Positions 14,317 through 28,467 of a DNA stretch of 64,000 bases are shown here, in pieces (position 1 is the stretch's first letter; each line of letters starts with the position of its first letter). This stretch comes from Octopus sinensis (taxonomy: Eukaryota): the NCBI RefSeq assembly GCF_006345805.1, contig NC_043012.1, forward strand, positions 31,372,001-31,436,000, read 5' to 3'. Both the position numbers and the translations under genes were made by a program. A model generated the notes under the pieces. It saw nothing but the letters and a program-made list of their open reading frames with translations. It searched no databases and was not told the DNA's origin.

Positions 14317-15235
14317 TGTCCTTCTCTGTACATCGGTCAAACGGGATGCCGCTTGACTGACCGGTTCGCGGAGCATATCTGAAACATTAGACTCGGCAAT
14401 GACACCTCGGTCTCGCGTCGTTTCCCTTCTACCGGTCATTCATTACAACACCTATTCTGTGTTCGGATTCTCTTTGCACAGGGGCCATCCAGACTCCTGC
14501 CTTCGCCGTGAACAGAAATTAATCTTCTCTCTTCGCTCCTTTGCACCATATGGACTCAGCTCCCCTCCCTTCTAGATCTGACTCCCCTCCCTCCTCTCTT
14601 TATCTGATACCTACTTCCTCTCTTCCCTCCTATCCACCTCTCCTCTCTGCTCTGACACTTCCTCTCCTCACTCCTACCCGCCTTCTACCTTCATTGATAC
14701 CCTCCATCAACACCCACCCTACACATCCCACTCCCACATACCCTACCCCTATACCCACATCTTCATTCACCCCCACATCCTCATCCCAAACCCACACCCT
14801 ACCCTCACATTCCCACAAAACATCACACCACACCGCACAAACTAGCACTGACCCCTTTCCACCACCCACACCATCATTCACTTACCCACACATTACAGAC
14901 GCACTCACTTGCACACGCGCACATCTACACGTCAAAGTTACGAGTCCATATTCACACGCACATACTCTCACATACACACACGCACGCACACCTTCGTTTT
15001 ACGATCATCAGTACTTTATATTCTCCCCTTCTTCCTAGCTCTCCTGTCTAATTACCTTTGTCCAACCAGTCACCATGATTGACCACTAACTCCACAAGTT
15101 TTTTTTATTCTCTCTCTGTTTATTTCCTCGTGTTCCTTTCTGTTGAAGAGCGTAGGCTCAAAACGTAAAAGACTTTCCCACCTTCCCTTCCTTGTTGTTT
15201 ATACACCTGTCTTCTGTTTTTCTGTAAATTTCAAC
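14317..15235 (+). mobile_element. Penelope-like retroelement 3' portion (GIY-YIG endonuclease end, low-complexity spacer, pseudo-LTR)
   Basis: Translation LYIGQTGCRLTDRFAEHI*NIRLGNDTSVSRRFPSTGHSLQHL...REQKLIFSLRSFAPYGL fits the C-terminal GIY-YIG region of PLEs; terminal GAAGAGCGTAGGCTC-AAAC motif. Confidence 0.85.
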
Positions 15236-15301
15236 TATATGTATACATATATATATATAACACATATATGCATGTATACATACATTTATATATATGTGTA
15301 A

Positions 15302-15400
<99 letters not shown>

Positions 15401-15489
15401 ACTATTTATATATACTTAGGCATATACACACATTGTTTACGTAAGTACAAACACGTACACACATACAGACTCATATATATAATCTAACT

Positions 15490-16040
15490 ATCCGAATGTT
15501 TTGTTGTCGCCTGTTACGTTCTTGTTTCGTTTTTTGTTTTGATTTTTTATATATACATATAGCGTTGTACGTACAGTTTTGGTCTCCTGTATGTAAGTAC
15601 ATATATATCTAAATTCTGTACGACTCTTAACCTTTTCTTTAGCCCCTTTCACACTTTCGTCGTTCCTTCCACGTTTTTTTCTCGCTCCCACCCTCTCTTA
15701 GTCAAACGGGACGCCACCTGGCTGACCGGTTCACGGAGCAGCTCCGAGACATTAGACTCGGCAATGATACCCAGGTCTCGTGCCATTTCCCCTCTACCGG
15801 TCATTCATTACAACACCTGTCTGTGTTCGGATTCTCTTTGCACAGGGGCCATTCGGACTCCTGCCTTCGCCGTGAACAGAAATTAATCTTCTCACTTCGC
15901 TCCTTTGCGCCACCCCTACCCCCACATCCTAACCCTAAACCCACACCCCACCATCACATCCCCACACATACTCATCACTTTCCCTCCTCCTTTACCTCAC
16001 TCTGTCCCCTTCCTTTTTTCTCTCTTTTTGTCCCTTCCTA
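15490..16040 (+). mobile_element. Second, partial Penelope-like copy (tandem partial duplication)
   Basis: 15700-15910 repeats 14337-14545 (GTCAAACGGGA...CTTCGCCGTGAACAGAAATTAATCTTCTC). Confidence 0.8.
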
Positions 16041-17420
16041 ATTCTTCAATCCCTGTATCTCTCTCCCCTCCTTCTACGTGACCGGTGTGCGGCCAAGCCT
16101 AACCTTTCTTTTTTGGTTCGACTACCATCCATGTAGTGTCTCTTGTATTTCCATGTAGTGTCTCTTGTATTCAAACATGTGTGCATGTTTGAATCAATCT
16201 GCCTGTCCGCCAACTAGTCAGTCAGTCAGTCTCTCTGTCTGTCTGGCTCTCTGTCTGTCTGTCTATCTATCAATCAGCGTATACACACATATTCGCATCA
16301 TATGTGTGTCAAATTTCTACAAGGGAAGCATGTAAAAGCGCTCAGTTAATCCTAAAATTAAGAAAAGCCATCAAATATATATATGCAGTCATCAAAATTG
16401 TTATAATATCTTGTTGAGATAAGTTCTCTTTCTTTCCTGATGAGAAGCTGAGAAGATTGCATTTTACACCTTTTATTCCTTTGGAATATAACCAATGTTG
16501 TCTTCGAAACATAAGTCGAAAGTAAAAGAATGTAAATAGCATCTGCGTTCAACTCCATTTATTTACTTATACTACACAAATGACTGCACATTAACCCGGA
16601 GTTTCTACCTTTGAATATGTCGCTACATCCTTGTTACTTGCGTGAATTTTGATACCTTGGTAACTGTTTATTGAATTTTCCATGTTAACGGTAAACAAAG
16701 GATAATTCATTCATCCATTTATATATATATATATATATTATATATATAATATATACATATATACATATATATACATACATATATATATATATACATATAT
16801 ACATATATATACATACATATACATACGCACATACATCCGCATACATAGGCGCATGGAACGCGACTGAGGAAAGAAAAATTTGAATGATCCGTCCTTGTTT
16901 TTTTCTTGTCCCTTTTCTGTATCATCTGTTTGGATGTTTTGCGTTCTTGTCCGAATCCTTTTAAGAAAGTAGATACTATGCTATGTGTTCTCAATATTTT
17001 TGTATGAATATTAAAATAATAAATTTACATCGCGAATGTTAATTATTAAACAATCTATTTTACAGAGTATAATGCCTAGACACTAGTCAATCTAGAAGGC
17101 AGCATTGAATTTTACACAAGTAAAGGAATAATAATACCACGATAATTTTAGAATGTGAATCTATTTCTATGCTCAACAGCGATTAAGCTTCGAGCATACC
17201 ATTTGATAGCGTGAAGCGTCATCGAAGTTTTACTATTTTCAACTAAACGCGGCGCATTTGGAACTGTCTTGACTAAATGACAGGGTTAAAAGGTATTTCT
17301 AAGCTAAGAACAAATTCAATTATGCAGTTGCGTGCAATGAATATTTATAAAGGATACACAAACAGTAAAGCAGACATTTCTTACACGACTTTCTAAAAGA
17401 TCGACGTGAATTTGAATTTA

Positions 17421-17636
17421 CGAGGGTGTGCTGAAAAGTTCCTGGCTTTGGGTAAAAAAAAAACACAGGAAGATCAGTTAATTATGATTTTATTCAACAT
17501 TTCCCCCCTCAGATTGACACACTTACTGCAGCGCTCCTTCAGTATTTCTAAGCCCTGTAAAAGAACTCGAAAGTTTGAGCCTCCAGCCAGGCCTTTCGCG
17601 ATACCCTTAAAGCCAGGAATTTTTCAGCAACCCTTG
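17421..17636. mobile_element. Mariner-derived MITE with ~29-bp TIRs and TA TSD
   Basis: TA|CGAGGGTGTGCTGAAAAGTTCCTGGCTTT ... AAAGCCAGGAATTTTTCAGCAACCCTTG|TA. Confidence 0.85.
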
Positions 17637-18639
17637 TATGAATTCTCTTGACGTCCAATTTTGACTTGAAGGTTCTGATTTTTTGCAAAATATTCGTTCA
17701 AATTTTTCGAAAGGCAGTGAAAGTTTAGGAAATATGACGGTATTTGCTAAAGTTCTTGTTTGTTCAAAAGTACACGATTGGAAATGTTATTCAGCGATCT
17801 ATCCTCCTTAGGTTTTTCAAAATGATGTGGACCTTTGGTATTAAGAAAATTGTTCCCCAATACTAGCGGCAATTAAGTCACCCATTCGATGAATCACACC
17901 ACATAGAGGTTCACTGGATCATGAATAATTTCACCTTCATTGGGTTCACCAGAAATTCGTTTCTGCCTTGATGTTAATATTTTCCTGGAATCACACTCTG
18001 TTACAAATTCACTTTCAGCATCATCAAACGAATGATTCGCTTTATTGATGGAATTTTATGGCGTTCTAATGTTTTATTCAAATTGCAGATGATTCTTTTA
18101 AAAAGGATTCGCTCCTCTTAATATACGAATTTTTGGCCACAATAAAGTTAGAATTGTCAAAAATATGTTTCTTGCGTGTAGCTGTACTCCTTGTAAGAAG
18201 ATTGCAGTTAGCACCCAATTCGAGGGACTTAGCAACCTGAATCTTGATAGTGCAGAAGAATTAGAACAATTCAAAAGTACAAAACAATACGCTTAACAGC
18301 CAAGAGTTTATTTGCAGGTTTCTCCAGTCTCTTGCAAGTGCTTCAGTTTGGTCAGCGAACCATCATTTCTGATGAAACGTCTCTCCAGATTTTGCATCAT
18401 TGCGAAAAGAATGCCAACATAGATTGAAGTAGTTCTAGAAACATCTTGAATAGAATATTTTGAATCATGTCTGTTGCTATGAAATTAAGAACATGAGAAT
18501 ACGTACACACATGTAAGAAATCAAGGATTATGCCATATATATATGAGAAAAAAGTATACGTACGCCGCTATATATGTATATATATATCATTTTGTATTTT
18601 ATATATATATAACACCAAATCTAAATGGATTGTAGAGCT

Positions 18640-19440
18640 TCACTTCTTTTATATTTTCCCATACCACTATATTATCAGCTCCATCGAACGATAAGTTTTC
18701 GGTGGTTTTGAATTTTGACCCACTACATTACAGTATACACTGTAGTTGCTGGTATAGTCCATATCCAGCGCAAACATTTATTTTACCTCATACAAATAAA
18801 CATAACGCAAAATAATTTTTGGTAAATAATTGCTTAGTCTCGAGTACTGGCCATTTGAACAGAACAGTTTTGTTTTCACATTTCCATTAGATTCTTCTCA
18901 TAGCCTTCACAGACACCAACGACTTTATGTATATGGTTGGCGAAAGGTACGTTAAACTCGGAATAAGGTAACATTCATTTAAATGTTCCCTGTATTGTAG
19001 TTATTGTTTATCCAGGATATTCCCCACAGCTAATATGCATTCCAGACCTTCAATATTTTCCATAATCTGCATCCGTCTTAAAATGGCGATTTCTTTTATC
19101 TGCCATATTTTGTTCTTCATAAAATATATCAGAACTCCTGTATTGTGCAATTTGATGTCTCATGCTGAAAAATTCTTTCAAAAATAAGTTTTGTAAAACC
19201 AGTTGAAAAAGCATGACAAACCTTTTAGCAAATAACCTCAACTACTTTCTTTTCCACAATTACAGTAAGCCTATTTCGTAAAATGCTATGTTCGTGATTT
19301 TGCATTGATAAATGCGTTTTGAAATAAAAACCAGAAAAATCTTTGAAAGTTGGTTGTATTGTTGTTGAACATGCTAACTGTCTTTTGCTTACAAAGAATA
19401 CTGTTGCAGGCCAGAAACATGTTTTGGACAATTTTAACTT
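18640..19440 (-). pseudogene. Possible heavily decayed hAT transposase C-terminal region
   Basis: Across frameshifts, TIPATTV followed by SKFK/KTYRSM resembles the hAT dimerisation motif (xIPATSxxxERSFSxLKxIKTYLRSTM). Many stops; no termini found. Confidence 0.35.
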
Positions 19441-22289
19441 TATTGTGATCCAAAATGCATTAAATTTAATATATAACGAGTATAGAATCTAAAAAAAATA
19501 ATTGCAAAAAACCTGAAATCTCGAAAATATAAATAAAACTAAAAGGAAATATGTTCACTTAAAATTATTGAATTCTGTCTCAATGGGTTTAAAGCATTTA
19601 CAAAAAATTCAAATGGGGGCATCAATTACAAGTATAATCTCAAATGCTTCGGAACTATTTATCTTATAGACATCTATTTATTTTATAGACAAGGATGACA
19701 GGCGAATATACAGAGATGGAATTTGAACCCAATATCTAAAATGTCGGAACTAGGTAGCAAATTTTGTCCGATGCTTTACCTAGACCACCATTTCCCCCAC
19801 CTCGTCTAACATTGCTGGCATAATGTAGTTCTTCTGTACCATTTAACGCAGTTCTTCTGTATCAATTGTTTTATTTGTTCTGCATACTCTCCCTACATAG
19901 ATTTTAAATGATAAACAACGTTGTTTGTCTAACAGTTAATCCTAGAATCTGAGTCACAGCATACACTGGTTAGACTACCAGACGTTCAGTAGAGATAATG
20001 CAAAAAACATTGGAGTGAATACCGTGATAAGAAACATACTATGATACTCTATTAACATGTGTAAGATAAGCGTAACAGTATGCTGAATAACATAAATATG
20101 AAATCCTTTCGATACACGTATAGGATGCATCTTTACGCAAATGAGAGAGACTGATAAACGAGGGGAAACCATCATTTAAGGAAAATAAGTTTAACATATA
20201 GAGGCCACACCATTACTGCCACCATGCCATGGTTTTAAGCACACAACTAGTATGCATATGCAGGACTATATACTTGGCGTGCGTAGGCGATATGAAGTTG
20301 AACCGGCATCGTACTCCTTATTTCTTTGAATTATCGCAATAAAGAGAGAACGAAATGTCAGTAAATTGTAATTCGATCGGTACCGTCCATAAACAAGCAA
20401 CACGGTTGGTTAGTATACGCGCATACACGCGCTCAGATGTCCACACTCACACACACACACACCATCCAGTCAAAGCGACAAGACCAACTGATAATTGATG
20501 CAAAGAAATAAACAATTTACCCTCCACAACCATGAACGCGCACACACAAATAAACATGCACACACGTAGAGCAGGGCACATGTTCTCTCTTACGAAATCA
20601 CTCAAAAAACCCAACTGCACCATACAATCACGCATACGCACACACCCCAGAAGGCTCACACGCATGAACACACTCACACACACATATATAACATATATAT
20701 ATATACACATGAACACAAACACAAACACTCTTCTTTTTCTCCGTCCCTCCCCTTCTCCCGTGCATTTCCTCTCACATTCAAACACACATATTTATAGAGA
20801 CTAAAACAAAGAGACGGTCAGAAGGGCTTGGGGTTGATCTGGTTCAGGGAGGGTGTGTCATTGAAGAGGTCATGGATGGAAACGAAAGGACCTTGACAAA
20901 CATAATTGATTGATTAACCTAATGATCAATCAAACAATCGATTATTCCGTTGGTTAAACAGTTATTGAATTACCGAATATCTGCGTATATACGACGAGTG
21001 CCCGAACAATTTCCGCTTTTCAAATTTTACGCATAACGTAATACGATACCGGAAGCCAGAATAGCGAGCATTTCTTAAATTAGTGCCACAGTGGGGTTGA
21101 ACCGGAACCTTGTGGTTACGAAACGGTCATGTTAACGCCATAGCGATGCCTGCGTCCATTCCTGCTTGCCTTGACATAAATTAGAGTGTGTTAATGTCAC
21201 AATATAAAAAGCCTTGCAGGTTGTCCTTTAGTAAATTGGTAAAGAAAGAAGCTATTAATTTAGCTGTCTTCAGTGATTATTTGATTTATTTACTGCCGTG
21301 TGGTGAATAATTATTCGCACGCACAATTCAATTACATAAATTAGATATCGCAATAAATCTACTCGTTAAATAGAAACAACAAGCCGAAGTCCTTGGCAGG
21401 ATTTCTTAAATCTTAATGAAAATTCTCGCATTGCAATTCCACAGCGTTCATGTAACAGAAAGATCCGAAGTGGGAAAACAGTTCAAGATTATATAAACTA
21501 AGATATAATTTATTTAATGCTTTGACATGAGTATTGAAATAAAACGGTTATCAAAGACATTGTGAAGCTGGAAGAAAATAAAATAATTCAAGAGATTGGC
21601 AACAACCAGCACCGTAAAAGATCCTATGACAAAACAAAATAGAATTTTATTAGGTAGATGGAATAACAAAATTGCTAAGGATTATGAAATATCGCTATTT
21701 TATTAACCATACGATAATCAAAGCAAATACTGTCTTGTTGGAATTTGAATTTAAAGCAGTAAAGTTCGTTTTAACAAAAATTGTTGTTACATATCTGCAG
21801 GGAGGAAATTTAATAAGGATCGCACTAGGGGTCGTAGGAAAGAAACCGAAATCTGGCATTAAACAGCAGAAAAGAGTAGAAATGTATTCAATAAATTTCT
21901 CTCCCCAAAATATTCAAATCGGTGATTTGTGGTTCTATCTATTAAGCCTTTAACTAAGAAAAAAATATCCCATATATACTATAACATTTAACGACACCCG
22001 TTACCTTATAAATTACAATTTCTCACCCGATGCTAAATTGATGACAAAAATAATAGACGTAAATATACATATGTATATCATTTAAAATCAGTGCATTCTA
22101 TCCCTTTCATGTATTCAGTTTTGTTTCTAAGCGGACCTTAATTAAAGTATTACTAATATGCCAAATGTCACAGAACATGAACTCACGTCAATTTAACCCA
22201 AGGGGAATTACAGTGCTATTTATATCATGTAAAATTTTCTACCTATAAACACCTACCCACACACATAAATATAAATAATTCTTGCTACT

Positions 22290-22478
22290 ACAGGCAGAAG
22301 CCCTGACGTTTTGGTAGGAAGGGCATAGCCGATTACATCGACCGCAGTGCTCAATTTGTCTTATTTTATCGACCTCGAGGGTAAAACGCTAAGTTATTCT
22401 GAACTCCGAACGTTAAGCCGAAAGAAATACGGCTTAGATCATTTTCCAGTGTGTTAATGATTCTGCCAGCTCGCCGCC
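22290..22478 (-). mobile_element. Diverged family A SINE
   Basis: Ends in TTCTGCCAGCTCGCCGCC; retains CGATTACATCGAC. Confidence 0.7.
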
Positions 22479-22996
22479 ATTGCATACATGTAAATAACAT
22501 TATTCATTCATATCGGGGCATGTGTGAGTTGCGAATTCTATTTAGACTGACGTAACACAATACAAAAGTAGTCGACTATATTTGATTTTGATTTTTCAAG
22601 TTTCAGCTAATGAGCTGTGGCCATGCTGGGGCACCGCCATATGTCTATTTTCTAAATGTGTTTGGTCTTATTAGTCCCTGCTGGCAGCTGCGGAGATGTT
22701 CGAAGTTTAAAACAACGTATGTATGGTCTACCATACTTATGTCGGGTGCTTGTATAGTTATTACTAGTTAGCATTTTTAAGGCGGTGAGATGGCAGAATT
22801 GTTAGAAAACCCGTCAAAATGCTATTAAGCATTCTGTGGGTTCAAATTCCGATTGACTTATCTTTTCAGAGTTGATAAATCAAGTACCAAACAAGCATTG
22901 GTTTGATGCAATTGGCAAGCCCACGCTCTTCAAAATCTCAGTCCTTATTTCTACATCATTAAATATTATTTCTCTGTCTGTCTGTCTGTCTGTCTG

Positions 22997-23050
<54 letters not shown>

Positions 23051-23052
23051 GT

Positions 23053-23635
23053 GGCGTGCTGGTGTAACACTTAACACACCGGGCAAAAGACTTAATGGTA
23101 TTTCGTCTGCCGCTACGTTCTGACTTCAAATTCAGCCGAGGTCGACTTAGCTTTTCATCCTTTCGGTGTCGTTAAATTAAGTACCAGTTACGCACTGGGG
23201 TCGATGTAATCGACTTAATACCTATGTCTGTCCTTGTTTGTCCCCTCTGTGTTTAGCCCCTTGTGGGTAATAAAGAAATAGGTATTTCGTCTGCCGCTAC
23301 GTTCTGAGTTCAAATTCAGCCGAGGTCGACTTAGCTTTTCATCCTTTCGGGGTCGATTAAATAAGTACCAGTTACGCAGTGGGGTCGATGAAATCGGCTT
23401 AATCCGTTTGTCTGTCCTTGTTTGTCCTCTCTGTGTTTAGCCCCTTGTGGGTAGTAAAGAAATAGGTATTTCGTCTGCCGTTACGTTCTGAGTTCAAATT
23501 TCGCGGGGGTCGACTTTTCTTTTCATTCTTCTGGGGTTAATAAATTAAGTACCCAGCAAGCACTGGGGTTGTTGCAAACGGCTAGCTCCCTCCCCTAAAT
23601 CTCTGGCCTTGTACCTATAGTAGAAAAGATTACTA
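23053..23635 (+). mobile_element. Family A SINE tandem array (one head, three body units, 184-bp period)
   Basis: GTATTTCGTCTGCCG starts at 23098, 23282 and 23466. Confidence 0.9.
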
Positions 23636-24031
23636 TTTACTCTCTCGAAGGTGGTGAACTGGCCGAACTGTTGCCAGGCTGAAGAAAAAAACTTAGCGGC
23701 ATTTCTTTCGGTATTACGTTCTGAGTTCAAATGTTTCCGAGGTCAACTTTGCTTACATTCCTCCGGGGTCGATAAAATAATGTTCTAGCTGAACATCAAT
23801 GACCTTGTAATCAACTAGAGCCCTCCCTTGAAAATTGCTGACCTAGTGCCAAAATTTGAAGCCATTATTTACTCTCTTTTTGCCTGCGTGTCTGTCACGC
23901 GCGTGTTGAGGCGCACATAGATATACACACGCATATACACACGCATATACACGCATACACATACATACGTGCATGTAATTATGATTTGTTGAATTAATTT
24001 ACTTATATGTATACTAGCTTGGGGGTAATAT

Positions 24032-24308
24032 GTTGTTGTTGTTTGTTTCTTCTCGAGCCACTCCTGCCTTGTAAGGGCCGGTTTCTCGGTTTCCTTGGCT
24101 TATAGGTTCCCCACCTGGACGGGACGCCGGTCCGTCGCAGGTGAGCTGTAAGATGCCGGAGGAAAGAGTGAGAGAAAGTTGTGGCGAAAGAGTCAGCAGA
24201 AGTTCGCCATTACCTTCTGCCGGAGCCGCTCAAAAACACACACATCGCCCGGTCTGAGATTCGAACCCGCGAGTCCGCTGCTCTAACCACTAGGCCATGC
24301 GCCTCCAC
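24032..24308 (-). mobile_element. tRNA-derived SINE, family D, with ~10-bp TSD
   Basis: Head GTGGAGGCGCATGGCCTAGTGGTTAGAGCAGCGGACTC; (AAC)n tail; flanks GGGGTAATAT and GGGGCAATAT; nearly identical to 59762-60073. Confidence 0.85.
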
Positions 24309-24959
24309 GGGGCAATATAATAAAGAGAAAGAAAAAAGAAAGAAGGAGAAATTGAAACAATTACAAATTATTTCAGTCGAATATTGCTTAATGAGTAAGT
24401 AGGAAAACGACTTCCTTTTATTTTATTTCATGAGAGAAAGACAAAAGTTCCGGAAAACCATCTGCGTAGAAAATATATTCGTAATGAAACAAACAGCGTT
24501 ATGTATATTTGATAAGCTCTATGTTTCCAAAACTTATAATCTATGAAATAAATGGTGTTTGGTATTTGTTTAAGTATCGCACTTCCTTAGAAAAAGAAAA
24601 GCCATACTTTTCATTTAATGAAATATTAACAAAGAAGACCAACAGGTAAACGGTGTTTTTAGTTATGTCTTGGCTTCAGAAATAAAATATTTATCAACGT
24701 CACGATTGTTAGTTTCATGAAACTGCTACATTTAAAATTTCGATGGTAAATACTGATTATGAAATATTGTTATACACGCTCACATGTATCTTCCAGCCAA
24801 CGGAGCACCCATGCACAGCCGTTGCTGAAAAAATTTCAACTATTTATTAATTAAAAGAATGATATTCTATAATGATATATGAATATAAATTTAAACCTGA
24901 TGTGCAGTGAAGAAACAAATGTTGTGCTCTGTTATTAAAGCCTGGTATCCTCCATGTTA

Positions 24960-24992
<33 letters not shown>

Positions 24993-25541
24993 CTATATAT
25001 ATATATATATATATATCTGTGTGTATGTGTGTGTGTAAGAATATGACCTAAGTATCGCATTGTTGGAAATAGAGTACTATATCTATTAAATGACACCTGT
25101 ATGAAACACATTCAGGGTTGTAAGTTGCTACTCCAACAATTCAATGATGGTTAAGACATAGAAAATCAAAGTAATGATTGTGTTTCACACCTGTGTCCTT
25201 ACACACACTCACACAATATCGAGAGAAGGTTGAGAATGCAAAATTTTTTATATTTTACACTGGTTTCACGATATATATATATACTGTGAAAATTATAAGG
25301 GTAGAAAATTTAGAAAAAATTTCAAACCACTCGCTAGCGTGCATAATAAAGTCAATAGAGAACATATTTTCATATATAAGAGAGTACAAAAAAAAAAAAG
25401 TATTTATGTACAAAGAAGTGACCTGTACAAAGAAGTACAAACAGGACATCTGACATGCTAGAAAGGGCAGCTAAAACCCAAACCACGAATAAAATTAATT
25501 CCAAATAGAATGGAAACAAAAATATTTTTTTAGCTAACCCC

Positions 25542-25577
<36 letters not shown>

Positions 25578-25707
25578 ATGCATGTATATATATATATATA
25601 AGCATGGATGTTTGTATCTCTAGAAATAACATCCCCCTTTTCAGTAATGATTCTTTCTTTCTAATTTGCAAACATAAAGTTGCCAATCAACCAAGAATGG
25701 TGCACAA

Positions 25708-25736
25708 ATGGAAAATCCTGGAACTGAGTCTACAGG
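25708..25736 (+). CDS. Candidate coding exon (MENPGTESTG..., phase 2) of an unidentified gene; exon may begin at acceptor 25645
   Basis: Acceptor CCCCTTTTCAG| at 25644; donor GG|GTAAGA at 25737; in-frame stop upstream at 25675; phase-compatible with exon 28468-28534. No homology recognised. Confidence 0.4.
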
Positions 25737-25918
25737 GTAAGAATGCGAAGACTCACTCAAGAAATGATATTTCGAAAAACTGAATGTTGTAATAAAGCGG
25801 TGGTAGAGTAGGATTGTTAGTGTGAGGTACAGAATCGGTACCGATGCCACTCTCTATATTTTCTTTAACTTTTATTTTAATCATATTCTAAAGAAAACTT
25901 TTGAGATATATGTATGAT

Positions 25919-26138
25919 TTTTCTTTACTACACACAAGGAGCTAAACATAGAGAGGACAGACAAAGGGATTAAGTCGATTACATCGACCCCAGTGCGTAT
26001 TTGGTACTCAATTTATCGACCCTGAAAAGATGAACGGCACAGTCGACCTCGGTGGAATTTGAACTCGGAACGTAACGATAGACGAAATACGGCTACGCAT
26101 TTCGTCCGGCATGCTAACGTTTCTACCAGCTCGCCGCC
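25919..26138 (-). mobile_element. Family A SINE
   Basis: Body and head match the other copies. Confidence 0.85.
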
Positions 26139-26856
26139 ATTTTTGAGATATATGCATGATGAACCCTACATGTGCTGTTTTATTACTGCACGTTTTTGAA
26201 GCGGCTAGAAGATGCACATTTAGAAGCCTGACATTTGGAGATATGTTAAACCAATATAAATCGAATTAACAACTCACATACAGTCTTCATGAATACATAA
26301 TATTATTTAAATGTAAGTAAAAGCAGCAAGTTAACAGAATCGCAAGCACGCCGGTCAAAATAGTTAACGGAATTTCTTCCGATTCAGTTGCCGCCAAGAT
26401 CCCAGCTGTGCACCACCATGTGTGTAATCGACTGTCACCTACTCAAAATGTTCAGGTCTCGCACATATACAAAGAATTTTTATATGTATATGTATATGTG
26501 TGTATGTAGTGCTAATAAATTTTACACGATATAATTGCAAGTTGACGTCCTCGGGGTTAATTGATCTTTGTGTTTTCTGCCTTCTCTGTCTCTCTCTTTC
26601 TCTCTCTGTTACTGTAATTCTTTCTCTGCCCCTCTCACTCACATAACTTTTCAAAACACGCACACGTAGACCCACATCTCCAAACTCCTTTCCACTCATC
26701 TTACACAACATCGCATACTTCTGAAGACTCTAGGTATGAAAATTATTCATTTAAAAACTATGTCCTTGAAAAGACAGTCTGCGATTTCAAATTCTATTGA
26801 AATGAGAAAATATTCCACTCTTAAACTGTTCCATATTTAAGCATGTTTATAATTAC

Positions 26857-27267
26857 TCTCTCTCTCTTTTACTCTTTTACTTGTTTCAGTCATTTGACTG
26901 CGGCCATACTGGAGCACTGCCTTTAGTCGAGCAAATCGACTCCGGGACTTATTCTTTGTAAGCCCAGTACTTATTCTATCGGTCTCTTTTGCCGAACCGC
27001 TAAGTGACGGGGACGTAAACACACCAGTATCGGTTGTCAAGCAATGCTAGGGGGACAAACACACACACACAAACACACACACTTACACATATATACATAT
27101 ATACGACAGGCTTCTTTCAGTTTCCGTCTACCAAATCCACTCACAAGGCATTGGTCGGCCCTGGGCTATAGCAGAAGACACTTGCCCAAGATGCCACGCA
27201 GTGGGACTGAACCCGGAACCATGTGGTTGGTTAGCAAGCTATTTACCACACAGCCACTCCTGCGCCT
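26857..27267 (-). mobile_element. Full-length family B CORE-type SINE
   Basis: Head (rc) AGGCGCAGGAGTGGCTGTGTGGTAA...GGTTCCGGGTTCAGTCCCACTGCGTGGCATCTTGGGCAAGTG; internal CA/TA repeat; highly similar to 34822-35242. Confidence 0.9.
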
Positions 27268-27490
27268 ATTATATATATTTAGTTATGAAGTGTATATGTA
27301 TGTATATATATAATATACACATGCACATACATACACACACATATCAACGAATATAAAAATTAACAGTCTGATTCAGAGTGCGTGGCGCTTATCAAACCGA
27401 TAAGTCAATGTGATAATAGATATTATTGGCAGTAAAAGCCCCTCACCGAGTCACGTTCGTAACATTCTGTCTCTAAAAGTAATAAAAAAA

Positions 27491-27492
<2 letters not shown>

Positions 27493-27547
<55 letters not shown>

Positions 27548-27548
27548 C

Positions 27549-27585
<37 letters not shown>

Positions 27586-27592
27586 ATATATC

Positions 27593-27640
<48 letters not shown>
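27493..27640. repeat. Compound (TATC)n/(TA)n/(AG)n microsatellite
   Basis: Directly visible. Confidence 0.9.
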
Positions 27641-27647
<7 letters not shown>

Positions 27648-28044
27648 ATATATTTACCTTTATTCTACTACATCTCCTCACACACACACACACACATTAC
27701 TCTCTTTTGGATTGAAATTATCAGCGATTTATGATGAATACTGGAAGATAATAGTCTATATTTACTATTATCTAGATCATTAAGCGTAGTTCTTTACAAT
27801 CTCATATTCAGCAGTTATTCATTTTGGGATTACAGCTTCATTTTTTATAGATCGATGGTGCCTAAGTTCACGTATTTCTTATTATTCATCCTACAGAAGG
27901 CAGTAAGCTGGCAGACTCGTTATTATGCCGAAGCAAAATGCCCTGAGGCATTTCTTCCGGCTTTGCCCCTTTTATCCCTTTAGAGGTCAATAAAATAAGT
28001 AAAATAAAAATAATAAATAAAATGCAATAAGTATGATATAACAA

Positions 28045-28267
28045 TAATAATGGTTTCAAAAATTTCCACAGGGGCAGCAAATTTTAGGGAGAAGAGGATG
28101 AGTTCATTACATCGACCTCAGATTTCAACTGGTACTTATTTTTATCGACACCGGAAGGATGAAAGGCAAAGTCAACTCGGCGGAATTTGAACTTAGAACG
28201 GAGCGACAGACGAAATACCGCTAAGCATGTCGTCCAGCTTGCTAACGATTCAGCCAGCTCATCGCCT
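28045..28267 (-). mobile_element. Family A SINE (long-tail variant), followed by (TAA)n
   Basis: GGCAAAGTCAACTCGGCGGAATTTGAAC...CAGCCAGCTCATCGCC. Confidence 0.8.
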
Positions 28268-28269
28268 TA

Positions 28270-28320
<51 letters not shown>

Positions 28321-28328
28321 ACTACTAC

Positions 28329-28361
<33 letters not shown>

Positions 28362-28467
28362 GTACCAGCTGAGCACTGGAGTCGATGTAATCGACGAAAG
28401 GCCTTCTCCCCAATTTCCGGCCTTGTGCCTTTATTAGAGTTGATTATTCTTCTGTCAACATCACTAG

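Noticed and set aside
16129-16171. 22-bp direct duplication here and a ~35-bp duplication at 46133-46200
   Set aside because: Ordinary local slippage duplications with no further structure.
23098-23560. CRISPR-like or retrozyme-like appearance of the tandem arrays
   Set aside because: Units are whole SINE bodies with no unique spacers or cas genes, and no CUGANGA/GAAA hammerhead core was found on either strand.
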